Program-made: the position numbers and the translations under genes
From: Amphiscolops sp. MND2022
Lineage: Eukaryota
DNA length: 64,000 bases
Assembly: GCA_964187785.1 (NCBI GenBank)
Contig: OZ076409.1
Coordinates: 9,488,001 to 9,552,000, forward strand
Direction of reading: 5' to 3'
Shown here: in pieces, positions 33,002 to 47,046 of the stretch
Position numbering within the stretch: position 1 is the first letter of the stretch
Layout: each line of letters opens with the position of its first letter
Notes under the pieces: model-generated
Database searches by the model: none
What the model saw: the letters and a program-made list of their open reading frames with translations, nothing else
Told to the model about the DNA's origin: nothing

Positions 33002-35800
33002 ATGTCCTTAACAACAACCTATTTACCTTTTCAAACCCCCATCATTAAAAATGCAAAAGTTGTAGAATTAGAACTAAACCCATTCCTACAAAACATTATT
33101 TCACATTATACACAACCACTCCCATTTGAAAATGAACCACACACAATTGAAACAATCCCTCTTATTAGAGAACATTTAGACACATACCTTTTCTATATTA
33201 GATACAAAGTTTTAACAATCACCGAAGAATACCCAACTTTTCAAATCTCCTTTCTTCAACAAAGACTTAATTCATCTCATATATACAGAAGAACAATAAA
33301 CCCAATAAACCTTCAAGTTCCTATTAAACAAGTTTTTCATGCTTTTCTAAACAATGTAAAAGACCACAACTTCGCACAGGAAATTCCAAAATTTAGTCCA
33401 AATGCACTCGACGACCTTCAACGATACATAGACAATTTCGACGTAGAAATTATTGAAAAATTAGTTAATCCTGAAGATAATCCCCATCATTGGTTACAAG
33501 CTGATATATTACGAATTCAAAATTTCATCTACCATTACTTCAAAGACTTAACATTAAATGACCAAACAATTCCTCAGATCAAAGTAATATCTTTATTTCT
33601 CAAACCCAACAACAAAATCAATCTGAAAACTATAACGACAATGAGTTTACTACCCAAGAATCTACAATTTCAACACATAATCCATCACAAACAGGGACAT
33701 CAACATCAGTACATACTCAATCTTTTAGAGTTCCCACTAGAGTTGTAAACCAAAGACAAACTACACATAGTCCTCAATCTCACTTAGCTACATCTCCAAA
33801 CCGTAATATAACTTTTAACCTTCCACATACAGATGACACACACGATGAAACCCATGATACATTCCAGGATGATATTCTGACTACATCTAGTGCTCAGAAT
33901 ACTTCTGTTAATGTTGCATCTCCAACAAGAACTAATCCTGATTACACAAGATACATCACTCGACCTAGATATGATCCTCCATCAATTCCTTCCGCCTTTC
34001 GCTCAAACAGATCGACCTCTTCCAACAACAATTTTAATGATAATCCCCAAACTTCCAATCGATATTACGATCCATTTAATTATAACTTTTATCCTCTATC
34101 AAATACAACTAACAATACAAATACCAACCAACATCACTCTCAAATTAATACAACTTCAACAACACAAAACCCCTTCATACAATTATCAAATACCAATACT
34201 TCACAGAATATATATTCTCAAAATCAAGGAACCTCGTATACTTCCACTTCTTATTCTAATATCACACAGGATTCTCAAAGAAGACTTCATAATCCTCCAC
34301 TTACACATATACCAACTGATCCTCTGTATCAAATGCATCCAAATCCAAATCCTAACCCTAATCCTAATCCATTACCACCAAATACAATCCAACATATACC
34401 TCCTCAACTCACACAACAATTAGCCCCTACACCCCAATGTTTACAAATGCCACAAGATACCTTTATAAACATGTCCGCTTCAATACCATAACCTATGAAA
34501 CCTTTTGATGGTTTGGACCATTCTTATACCCCTGAAGAATATCTACAACAAATCGAAGCAAGATTACCCTTCGCCATAGGTGAAGAACCTCAAAATAATC
34601 CTATAAAATACAAATCTTGGCATAACAGACGCATGGCTTACATACAATGTTCATTAACAGGAACAGCTCTCGATTGGTACACTAACCTCCATATATCATA
34701 TAAACAACAATGGAATTCTTTTGTACAATTATTCAAAAAACAATTCTCATCTCAAAAACTGCTTACTACGCTCAAGTAGAAGCTATGTCACTCATGAAAA
34801 AGGATAATGAAACAGTTCGCCACTTCGCCCTTAGAGTACAACAATTAGTTAAAAAGGGATGGTGTAATGAAAATGCAGCTACCATAAATCTCAAAAATAA
34901 TGAAATCTTTACAAAATTGTTACCAAAGAAGTTAAAAGATTTTGCCCATAAACGACAAGTTAAACATGTATCAACATTACTTGAACCTTCAATACCATTT
35001 CACACACTTGTTAGACATGTCGATTCTGAAGATATTGCTAATGAAAAAATTAGAACTAACGACTTAGCTCTAGAAATAATCAAAGTATCGCTTGAAGATG
35101 ATACTAACAAAAAAGAATTTGAACATGAAGATCAGATAATGGTTACTCAATCTGGAGACCCAAATAACAAAAGTAAACCAGCGTATAGAAAATATTGTTC
35201 CTATTGTCACAAAAATAATCATAGTATTTCAAATTGTTATCAAAAACAACGTGATGACGAATACCAGAAATACAATAACTAAAGATCACGAACTCCTCAA
35301 CAATACAATATTTTCGCAGTAAACCTAATAATCCTCAAGAAAATCGAAAAGACACTACAAATCCTTACTCCTCAGATAATGATCGTAATAAATATAATCA
35401 AAATTACTATAATGATAGATACAGAAACAATGATAGATATCGTAGCAATAGTAGAGAATATTCGCAAAACAACTATAGATCAAACTCTCGACAAAGATAT
35501 TATAATCGATCCCGAAGTCCGTATAGATCTCGATTTGATAGTTATTATCAAAGAAGAACTCCATCTATATCTCCATATAGATCTCCATACAGAAATAACT
35601 CAAATTACAGATATAATTCTCGCTCAAGATACAGATCTCGTTCTCAATCACAAGGAAACTCTTTTAAACGATATAATTATCCATATAGATCTCCATCAAG
35701 ACCTAGAGATTTTAGATCAAGATCTAGAACACCCTCAAGAAACAGACAACAAAACAGAATAAATCAAGTAGACGTTAAATCTGCAAAAGAATATGATAGT
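33002..35800 (+). pseudogene. gag: Extended Gag of element D, broken by frameshifts and stops
   Basis: PFDGLDHSYTPEEYLQQIE...LTGTALDWY capsid-type motif and CSYCHKNNHSISNC knuckle, preceded by a long N-terminal and N/T/P-rich region and followed by an Arg/Ser/Tyr-rich tract. Confidence 0.85.
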
Positions 35801-38800
35801 ACAAAATTTGAAATCCACACCTGTCAAATAACTGAAATAGCTAATACAATCACTCTTTATAGTTGGTTTTATCCACAATATATTCACGCTTCTGAAACAA
35901 ATGATAACATACTACCTTCAAAATTAGAAATCTTATTCCTCTTAGATACTGGAGCATCCATATCTGTTTTGAATTTACCAACATTTCATGTAATTTCCAA
36001 ACAATTAAACATCAATGTTCCAACTAACCTCCAAAACAAAAGAGCCAAAACTCTTACAGTTGCAAACCAAACTGAAGTACCAATAATACATTATATTTCG
36101 ATGACCTGTTTCACTGAAGTAAATCACAAAACACGATCCTTCAACATCGATTTCGCCGTAGCAAATATCAAATACAACACTCTTGGAACACCCTTTTTCG
36201 AAAAACACATCCAAAATATTGATTTTCAACAAAATATTATGACGTACATAGAACAACATCCAAAGCTTCCAACAAAAACAACATTTTCCACATTTACAGA
36301 AAAAGATTACCCATATATTTTTTACATTTATACTATTAAATGTAAGGAACCAATTCACTTTAAACCAAGGTCAGGAAAAACCATACATTTCCCAATTGAA
36401 AACTATTCAAATTTACATTTTGAACTTGAAGATAATACAAAATTCTATCCAACAAACCCATATACATATTTCTTACAAAAATTCAAAAATATCTTTCATT
36501 TCTTAGATATGATAGTCAATGAAAAAAGCAAAGACGCATGTGCAACTATAATTCAAAACTTTACATCTTACCCAGCTACATTACCACGGGGAATTATTGG
36601 ATATATAGAAATACCTATTACTCAAACAACTCCTCCTCACTACAGAGTTAACGATGTAAATTCACTTATTCACTCTGTAATACATGCGTATCACCCTGAT
36701 ACCACAACTCCGATTAAACAAAATCCATATGTAGAAATGAACTTATGTACTAGGGTAACACCACAATCCCTATTAGAAATTAACAAGATAGAAATCAACG
36801 ACAAAACACTTCAACTTCCTATACCTTCTGTTACTGGAAACATTCGACCCTCAGATAAAATTCGAAAAGATTTCCCTCCATTACCCTATTCTACAGAAAA
36901 TCAACAATTCAAAAAGAAGTTCAATTTTGAATACTCAGATTTAACTGACACAGAATATGTAAACCTCTGCAATATTCTGATTGATAACCAAAATTGTTAC
37001 GCCAAACATAAGAACGACGTAGGAAAGATTAATACTCCCTTTCGAATTAGAATAAAAGATAATTGTAAACTTCACACACAAAGACCTTCTAAAGTACCTA
37101 TTCACTATAGAGATAGACTAAATAAACTTTTATTAGAACTTGAAAAATACAACATCATAAAACAAATTGGTTCAACAACAGATGAAAAACATACTATTGG
37201 AACAACATTTTTAAACACTTTAATTATTATCCCAAAAGGAGACGCAATAAAAGTTGTTTTAGACGCAAGACATCTAAACTCAAACACTAACCAAGAACTT
37301 GAATCTTGGCCTATTGAACCTTTAGCTCCTCAATTAGCTAGAGCCAATAAAAATACAAATCAACTATTGATCTAATGTATGCATATGCTCATACACCATT
37401 AGACGAAGAAACAATTAAACTTACAGGATTTTCATCCGGTGACAAATTATACGCCTTTATCCGTGGGTTTTATGGATTAAAAGGACTTCCAAACTTTTTT
37501 ACAAAACAAATGTCAACTTTCTTTAGATCGCTTATAGACAAACGTTCTGCGTTAGTTTATATAGATGATATTCTATTACTCGCAAATGAAAAACAAGAAA
37601 TGTTTGAACTTATTAAAGAATTACATACAATAGCATCCCGAGAAAATCTCAAACTTGCACCTGAAAAATCATTCTACATGTTACTCAAAGTAAAATTCTT
37701 TGGACATGAAATTGGTAACGACACAATTAAACCAATTCCATCCAAAATTGAAGCTATTAAAAGAATTCCATCACCAACAGAAAAGAAAGATGTTATGCAA
37801 TTTCTTGGCAGTGTTAACTTTTATTCAAAATTCATTGAAAAACTTCATGTAAACCTTAAACCATTGTATACATTACTACATGATGATGTTAAATTTCAAT
37901 GGACACCTGAATTAGAAAAAATATTTCAAAATGTTAAAAATACAATGACAGCAAACACTGAATTAACAATACGCATCCATTTTTCATAACAGTAGATGCT
38001 TCGTTAGTAGGTTTAGGCGCAGTCTTATTCCAAATGAACGAAGAAAATAAGATGAAAGTAATCTCTTATAACTCCAGAATTCTTAACACACAAGAACAAA
38101 AACTTTCAACTTTAGATAGAGAACTTCTTGCAATAGTTTACGCATTGCAAATATATGAATTTTTGATCATTGGATCTCCTCATCCTATATACCTCTTCAC
38201 AGATCACAAGCCTTTACTACATTGTTTCGCAAAGAAAGGAAATCTTAGTCCTAGATTCTATAGAGCACAAATGCAACTAACCAAATTCTCCAAACTAAAA
38301 ATCATTCATACCCCTGGAAAAAATTTAACTGTAGCAGATATGCTTTCACGAACCTTTACAAAAGAACAGCTACAAGTACACCAATTACGACACAAACAAT
38401 TACCACCTCAAATAGATTTCTCTATCATGAAAGATAATCAACTCAAACCAGTACATTATTTAGTAAAACATGAAGAAATAAAATATAATCAAAAGAATGA
38501 TTGTCATCCTATCCTTGCTGACTACGGAGACGACCAATTCTCTATCCGTATAAATAACAAAGGAGAAGAAATACACATAAAGCCTTTAGATTCCTTCTCT
38601 TTTCAATCTATTGTTCCATTCGAATCAAAATATAAAACGCCTACAAAAAACCAAGCAAAATCTCTTTTACAACAATCGACAATTCTTAATGATACTGACA
38701 TTCTTAGTGATGAAGATGAAAGAACTCAATCAAATAATATACAACAACAAAACTCAGACATAATAAAAGTACACACCCTTGCAATACAATATCCTACCAA

Positions 38801-40697
38801 ATCCGACTATTGTAAACAACAAGTTCCATTTTTTGATCCATCCTTTTTCAAATACAAAAAATATTTTAATTACTTCTTCCTACCAGAAGATACACAAATA
38901 ACCATTGAAACAATAAAAGCTCAACAAAACCAAGATACTGTTTTACAAAAGGTTTACCAAAGGATACTTAATAATGAAAGACCCTTACAAATAGACCCAA
39001 CAATTGCAGTTAATTCTTTCTTATTAGTATATTACAAAATCTTCAACCAATTATATATTAATCATGATACAAAAATTATCCACATAGATTATCCTAATCT
39101 TCACGATTCCAACCTGAATCAAAGAGACAAAATATGTCTACCATTTAAACTTTTCCACGCAGCTTTTAACAAACTTCATGCTCATGGACATTCAGGAATA
39201 AAAATATCCATCAAAGCTTTCAACCAATTTTACTTCATACCGTACTTGAATAAATGGATGTCAATATTCATCCATGATTGTATTGAATGCCAACAAAATA
39301 AACATATTAACCAAAAATTACAAACTGCATCTATACAAACCTTCTCAGAAAATGCTTCATATTTTAATTACCGAATATCAATGGATACAAAAGGACCTAT
39401 AAACCCACCATCAAATCAAAATTCATACATTCATGTTATAGTAGACGCTTTTAGTCACTTTGTAGTAACAGTACCTATAAAACAAAATAATGCTCAAAAC
39501 GCTGTTAACTCATTACTACATCATTGGATAACAAAATTTGGACCTCCTGTATATCTAGTTACCGACCGTGGAACAGAATACATTAATTCAGAATTTGCAA
39601 ATCTTTGTACCACAATGGGAATAAGACATTCACCAAGAACTCCTTATGCACCATGGACAAATGGTTTAGTTGAAAATCAAAACAGAAATCTTGGAACTCA
39701 TCTCAGACTTTTCTTACATAACACTCCAGAAAATTGGTCAACTCAAGTTCATATGTATGCTTATGCACATAATTCACAACCACTTTCTGAATTAAACTTA
39801 TCTCCATATGAAATAGTATTCCATACTATACCCAGAATTCAAATCAACTTTGAACTCAATCTCCAAAGAGATACATATAGAAATTGTACTTCTCAATATT
39901 GTCAAGAATTACCACTTCATACACACTACGACAAATCAAATCTAAACCCTTTCTTTCATAAAATTTTTGTCTAAACCAATTCCACAATGGATCTTAGCTA
40001 CTGAAACTGCTATGATACAGATATACCATACAGTATATGAAAACACAAAAAGAAAGATTAATTCCTATGCTTATTTTAACAAATCATATCACAATCCAAG
40101 ACCCTTAGATATTGGTACATTTGTACTAAAAAAGAAATTTTCTCCATGTTCATTTTTCCGATAAATTAAAACCTCTAAGAATTGGCCCATTCAAAATTAT
40201 TAACAAAATCTCCGACATAACATATGAAATTGTTAATCAAGATGGTTATACATCGCACATACATAGAAATCATTTAATTCTTTATCATCCAAAAGAACCA
40301 GTTATTTTTCCTTTCCTACAACAATATAATCCTCATTTATTTAATGACTGTCATTCAAACATAAACGATCAAATAATTAACTCTGATGAAGACAAATTTA
40401 CTGACGAAGAACAATTTCCTTCCACAACATCTAATAAAGAAACGGATATACCATTCACGATTGACTTACAACCAGAATCATTTAGCCAATATTCTTCATT
40501 TCCATATAAACAAAAAGAACAAATTCCTCAAAATACCTACCTGGATAACCAATCAGATATTCATGACTATGATAATTTTATTAATCCCCGAAGACACTCC
40601 TATAATAGATACAATTTCCGCCCACAACCAAGAAAAGACTACCGACTTTTCCTTGGTGAAAACGATATAATTTCACTTTCTCAAAAATCCTGCTGAA
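35801..40697 (+). pseudogene. pol: Pol of element D (protease, RT, RNase H, integrase), frameshifted
   Basis: FLLDTGAS (Asp codon at 35945), VLDARHLN, YIDD, VDAS/DRELLA/TDHKPL, HAHGH..CIEC, MDTKGP..TDRG..VEN and IGPF. Frameshifts near 37350, 37970, 39960 and 40130. Confidence 0.95.
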
Positions 40698-40869
40698 ATA
40701 CGGAATACAGAAAGAAACACACAAAGAAAATTTGAGAGAAAAGCAAAAGTTTGAAGCTTACTGTGAAACTGAATGAAAAAAATTTTACAAGTGATATTAA
40801 ACGAAAGAAATCGATATGAAACTATAACTACTTTATAAATTGAAACAAACTACCTTAACACAAAGATTT

Positions 40870-42328
40870 CAAAATTGATAGACATATTCACTCGCCATCA
40901 TCAACCACAAATAACTCTTCTTCTAGTTCAACACATTCACTCCAAAGATTACCTGAATATACAGCATATTTAAACTCAGATACAGACATACTGGATTCCT
41001 CATCCTCAAATCCCAGTCCATCCGCTCCATATACTCCTGATAGAGTACCAACAACACCCACCAATACACCTATAACCCAAACTCGAACATTAATATTAAC
41101 AACTCAATCACAACCTCTTTCACGAAATCTAACATTTGTAGAAACAAATTCACCACTTTCTGACTCTAATGATGAAACACCTACAATACCAAATACACAA
41201 GATACTTCAAATATTTTAAATAGACCTCCTCTTCCACCGATTACTACCACTCGTTCTATTCATATCCCTGATCCTAGCTCAGTCCTACAATACATAAATT
41301 CTTGTCCACACAAAGTACCAACCGCAACGAAAACAAAAAGAAAAACTCCTTTACCTATATTACCACAAAATCTTGATTTACCATCATCAAGTAATACTCC
41401 AATAACATTTTTACCTGCACCTTCATTGAAATCACCAACGAAGAAAACACAACAACACCCAACTCCTTCATCATCTGAACTAAGTTCATTCACATTTTCT
41501 CAAATATATCCCAAGCTTGAATTACAACGTGTACATTAAACCACCACCTCTTCTTTAACAGATTTATATCATAAAGATAAAGATTCTGACTCAACTGCTA
41601 GTACTAGAGTACCAAGACATAATTAAAACCTTCGATCTCAACAACAAAGAAATTCTCAAGAATTACAATCTTTAACTAGTTCAAGTACAAACTCAAGACT
41701 ACTTCGACAGCACGCCCAACCCAGATTGGACACTTCTTCTCTTTCCTCATCTCAACCCACTATACCATCTTCTCTATCACCACCATTTCAAATCACATCA
41801 GGATTTGAAACAGCCTCTCTTCTTTCTGAAGAGCCAGTAACTATATCAGATAGCGCAGCTAATTTTTCACGAGTTTACTCACCTAGTTCAATAGCATCAA
41901 ACTCTTCCATACAATTACCTGAATATTTTTTAGAAGATTTCTCAAGACCTCCATCACCAATTCCTCACGAATATCCTATTCGTGTTAATTCAAAAATTGT
42001 TCGCACGCTTAACGAAGATCCTCGATACACGGTCTTACCTGCAAGATTTATAAACAACAGTTCACTCTCAACTCAAAGAAAACAAAGAGAACTACGAAGA
42101 TTACAAGAACGACAACTCACATTAAAATTTGAAGTAGAAGTCACATTCAACTCGTTAGGACCTCATCCATTCTCTCTTTCAACAAGAGTAGCACACAAAA
42201 CAACCCCATCACCATTCATAGTCACATCCATTTCTTACCTTTGTGACGCAGATTTACTTGATATTAGAACAGGACATATAAACTTTTTTAATCCCTACTC
42301 CGGACTCAATTATAGATCGATATTTTAA
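40870..42328 (+). pseudogene. Ser/Thr/Pro-rich ORF between pol and env, interrupted
   Basis: Open frame at about 40870-41540 (...SNPSPSAPYTPD...RPPLPPIT...) plus ORF 41726-42328; no recognisable domain. Confidence 0.5.
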
Positions 42329-42330
42329 CC

Positions 42331-44889
42331 ATGAACCAAACCACCTTTACCCTATATTTAATATACATAATACAAGTTGTTAAATACACATATATAATAC
42401 ACATAGTCCACTCTTTAGTTCACCCTTCAACTGTTCCTAAAGTTGACACCACCAATTCTGAAAATCATATTTCAGACCAAGATCCTAACACTTTAAACTT
42501 GATGGTATCTCATTATTATTGTGCAAACCAAAACAACTGAAGACAATTCAGTTTATTAAATGTAGAACCATGTAAACAAGCACCCTCAGATATACAACAC
42601 ACAAAAACCCAAGCAACAGTTTATGTTAGAGCAAAAGCTAAAAGAATAAAAGCCTTTAAATGCGAAGCATATATAAAGACTGAGAAAGTCTGGTGTTCAC
42701 AAACATTCACATCTAGTAGACGATATGATCGTTTTAAATGGGGACAAAACACATTAGAACTTCCAAAAATATTGGACCCTATTGAATGCAAAAATATGAT
42801 CAGATATTTAAACGCGACTGATAGCGAAGAACTAAACAACTACAATATACAAAACTCTTTCTCATTGTTCGACGATAGTAATTATCAAAACACAATTGAA
42901 CGAATTCAGACACCATTTAGAGTAAAAAAATTGAATACATGGCATATTGGAACCTTCGTATTTGATGAAAATTATCCTGACTGGATAGTTAATGTTACAC
43001 AAAATACATACTCCAGATGTCGATCAGACCGAGAACATTTAATTACCCGACAAAGTTGGAAACTTAGAATTGTTAACACCGCAATAGATTATGACGATAA
43101 AAACAATCAATTAATACATGACGGACACATATTACCATGTTATCATTCAGACGGATTTTGTAAGACAACGACCAAAACTCCATATACATTAACATGGTTT
43201 GATGAAAAATTTTGCCTCATATTTCAACTTCAAGAATTCATTGGTAGAATGACACGAATCAAAGATAGATACTGGATAGAAACCGATACCTTCATTGAAA
43301 CTTCAAACATCACACAAAAACTTCAAACCGAAGGAATACAAGGAACAAGATATCCTAATGTAAAAACACCACAATCAAAAGTAAGCAATCCAAGCCTTTC
43401 TCGATTTGAAATATACCCAATTGAACAAACCTTCTGTGGAAAACCTGAACCATTATTTTCAACACAATATGATGACATCTTTGTTACATACTTAGATGGT
43501 TTTGATATGAACACAGGATTACCAAAACCACACTCAATAATTGACCAAACAATTAGTGGAAATATAAAATATGATGATTCAAACAAAAGGTATATATTCC
43601 CTGCATTGAATATATCAAACAATTTTGCCACTTTAGATTATGATGCCCACATTAATACAAAAATTGATTTCACAATAAATCATGTATTTAAATCCATGGC
43701 AGTACAAGAACTAAACACTCTTCATACAAAATGTGAACTGGAAAGAACTCAACTATTAACGATCTTAGCTATGTCAGTTAAAAATCCTCAATTAGCCGGT
43801 TTTCTTTTAACTGGAAATCGTAGTAACTTTCTCTACGTTGAAGGATCTACAGCATGGCTGTATGATTGCCCTCATTTTATATCACCACTATACAAGGCAG
43901 ACAAATGCTTTGATAGAATTCCTATACACTACAGAGAAACGATAATGTATGTTGACCCAATAACAAGACAAACTTTTAACTATGCAACACCAATTGAATG
44001 TGGAAATAACCCACAAAAAATAATAGAAATAGATCCAGATTCTAACGACGGAGATTTTTATGTGTTAACACCAGAACCACTTAAACGAGAAGCACCACAA
44101 ATGTTTAAACCTACCCAAATTAAAACAACAATCACTCCTAATACATTTACCGCCCAAGATGCCGGTATATACTCAAATGCAGAATTAGATCAATTCTGGA
44201 ATAGAGTACTATTTGCTAAACATTCTGACACAACTCTCCAATTACTTGGAAAATCATTAAGCTATGATTTCATCTCAATGCATAATGATAAACACTCATA
44301 CTCAGGACATAATCCCTATAATCATTTAAGGATTGGAGTACATGACCACTTGTTAAACCTTTTACCACTTTTTAACCCTGACTGGTTCAGTCAAGCATTC
44401 ATTAATTTCTTTGGATATCCGTGTTATGTTTTAACTCAATGTGGAATTTATTTTTCAACATTTCTTTTTATTAGAGAAGTTTTAACATTTTTACTCAAAT
44501 TCTACAGAACAATTAGCATAAAATATAATCTCCAAAGCAACATTTCCATTTTCAGTTCAATAGCCCATGGATTTTTTAATATAGTTACATCGGAAATGGT
44601 AACCGATTTAAACAATACAGGAAAACGAAAACGGATATAACCTGAACACAAAATTACAACAAGTGAAAATGATAATATCCTATTGCCGGAAAAAGAATTA
44701 AACAAACAACGAAGACACTCTGATACTGACTCCCCTTATTTACCTCCTAAATATTCCAGTAAGAATTCAACATTTCAATCACCGCAAAAGACACACCCAA
44801 CTAATGTAAACGATATTAATTCTCAGGACTATGACCCAATAATGTCAAATGTAAGAGCTGTACGGAAAGTCCTGCTAAAGTCTTTATAA
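42331..44889 (+). pseudogene. env: Envelope glycoprotein, class III fusogen-like (herpes gB / chuvirus G type); two in-frame stops
   Basis: ORFs 42331-42540, 42772-44640 and 44683-44889 share one frame (stops at 42538 and 44638). Cys pattern YYC..FSLLNVEPC..AFKC..WC and CELERTQLLTILAMSVKNPQLAGFLL..EGSTAWLYDC..CFDRIPI..YVDPITR..IEC, N-glycosylation sequons, and a C-terminal hydrophobic segment. Confidence 0.82.
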
Positions 44890-45394
44890 AATTCAATCCC
44901 TTCTAGCTGAAAAGCAATAACTTAAAAAACAAATTAACCTCAGAAAAAGTTCAAAAAATTATCAACTAAATTCTTCTCAGTATTAACTTTCATTCAAACC
45001 CAAATTCTCACTCGGACCGGTCTCTCCTTTTCAACTCAACAACAAATTCACTTGCCCACCACAACTCAACTCTCAACCAGAAGACTTCAACTGGATTTTC
45101 AGTCCATCTAAAAGACCGAAATCACAGAAGTTTCTATTCCTGGAATAGATGCCACTGTGATTGTTGATGTTTTCAACCCATCATTGACTCAGTATTCCCA
45201 TATTGTAAGTACAATTTAAACTTTAATTTTACCAAACAATTTAATGGATGAAAAAGATATAACGAAATTTTTCCTTATTATTAGAAATAATATAATCAAA
45301 CATTATAATCATTATTTTAGCTCTACAAAAACACGCAAGTTTAAATAATGGAATCCTTGCCCGAATTGATGTAGTTAACTCTAATCCCTCTGAA

Positions 45395-46636
45395 TTGCTT
45401 GCATCCCCTTTGAATATAACTATTCAACAAAATGTTAACGAAGATAATAACTATTCTTCCAACTCTCAAGAACCCATAGAAACTATTCCTATTGAACAAG
45501 TAGATCATGTTAACGCAAGATCTCAAAAAAGAAAGTACCAAGATATAACTGCAAACAAACCTTTTATGGAATCTGGCGCTTGCCCTCCTTTCATAAAACC
45601 AATTAAACAAGATGAAGATAGAGATTGTGAATTAGTTCCTATTCTCTCGTCAAAACACTTCACCTTTCAATCTCAGTTAACTTCGTTATACATGATTCCA
45701 ACAAAATACAAATTCATCATCAGAGAATTTAAAAATGATTATCATACATCAATTGCTTCAAAATTGATTACCCCATATGATTGGTGGTTAAACAATAAAG
45801 TGAAAATTTTCTCACTCCAATACAACTTCCTCAGACCATCTCCATATGATCTTCGAACAGAAGAAAATGATGCAAATTTTTTGCCATACCAAATCAAAAA
45901 GGCTCACCACATGACTTATCAAAAGTTTCTTCAATATAAAGAGCCCGATAATTATATATTCTTCAGTTCCAAATATACATCGCCATTCACTTTCAACTCA
46001 GAATATTTAATAGATCATACCAAAACAAAAGGAAAACTCAGAAATTATGACCCGCTGAAACAAAGTTTTCTCTTCCTTCCAAATGATAACCCAAAGAGAC
46101 CAATCATTGTACCACAAGAATACCTCATTCTGAACGACGATTCGTTACTACAAGAAGATATACCTCAACATATATCTGATCCTCTTCCTCCACTTCAACA
46201 TATAGCCTCTCAACCTTTGGGAGACTGTGAAAAATCTTATTTTCACGCAATGACCAAAAAGGGATATTCGAATAATGAATTAATTTTCATTATTTCTCAT
46301 CTGCTTTCACTTCTTACAAATGGAAATCACAAAGAATATAAAAAGGCAAAACAAGAATCGCCTAAGAAAACCAAAAATGATATTCCCCAACCACAAAGTT
46401 TTCGCCCAACAGACGAATTACAGAAATATACAGAAATTCTGAATATCATAAAACCGTATCATCATCCGAACCGAGATATTCTTATAACAATCGCTGAAAT
46501 CGTGAATACCCTTGAACAAGCTCGAAGCATAATACAAAATATCGTATTTGATACAAGAATTAGCCAATCAGCTTTGTGCATTCGCACATCTTTAGACGAA
46601 TTCAACTACACTATTGAAAAAATGCATCGATCTTAA
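45395..46636 (+). CDS. Accessory ORF of element D, unknown function (about 410 aa)
   Basis: Long stop-free frame in AT-rich DNA downstream of env and inside the LTR boundaries; true start unresolved. Confidence 0.6.
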   Translation: MLASPLNITIQQNVNEDNNYSSNSQEPIETIPIEQVDHVNARSQKRKYQDITANKPFMESGACPPFIKPIKQDEDRDCELVPILSSKHFTFQSQLTSLYMIPTKYKFIIREFKNDYHTSIASKLITPYDWWLNNKVKIFSLQYNFLRPSPYDLRTEENDANFLPYQIKKAHHMTYQKFLQYKEPDNYIFFSSKYTSPFTFNSEYLIDHTKTKGKLRNYDPLKQSFLFLPNDNPKRPIIVPQEYLILNDDSLLQEDIPQHISDPLPPLQHIASQPLGDCEKSYFHAMTKKGYSNNELIFIISHLLSLLTNGNHKEYKKAKQESPKKTKNDIPQPQSFRPTDELQKYTEILNIIKPYHHPNRDILITIAEIVNTLEQARSIIQNIVFDTRISQSALCIRTSLDEFNYTIEKMHRS

Positions 46637-47046
46637 CTGGTAATTATGGGATAATCACTTTAAAATTGTTAACACTTATCACTTAATCTCTTAACAACCT
46701 GTCAAAATTAATTGAGTCTACACGCATATGCCTGCTATGCACGATTATAATACATGCTTGATGTTAAAATACTCTTTTAAAATAAAATAACATAAAAAAA
46801 TTTCAATCACGACATTAAAATTTTCAACAAAATTCCTCAATTGCTCCTCCTTTTAATGGACCGATTTCAACAAATAAGTACTTATATGAAAGATATTTAA
46901 ATACCCTTCAAAAGACTTCCAAAATACAACAACTCAATTCTTAAAATTAAAAAGATATAACATCCCAAAGTTCAATAAAAAAAAATGTCAACTACGAAAC
47001 TCTATTTTCAAAGGAACTTTATTGTAAACAAACTAATCTATTTTAG

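Noticed and set aside
33890..35762. Ile/Leu-rich ORFs 33890-34423 and 35379-35762
   Set aside because: Off-frame readings of the low-complexity Gag regions; the N/T/P-rich and RS-rich frames are the ones continuous with Gag and protease.
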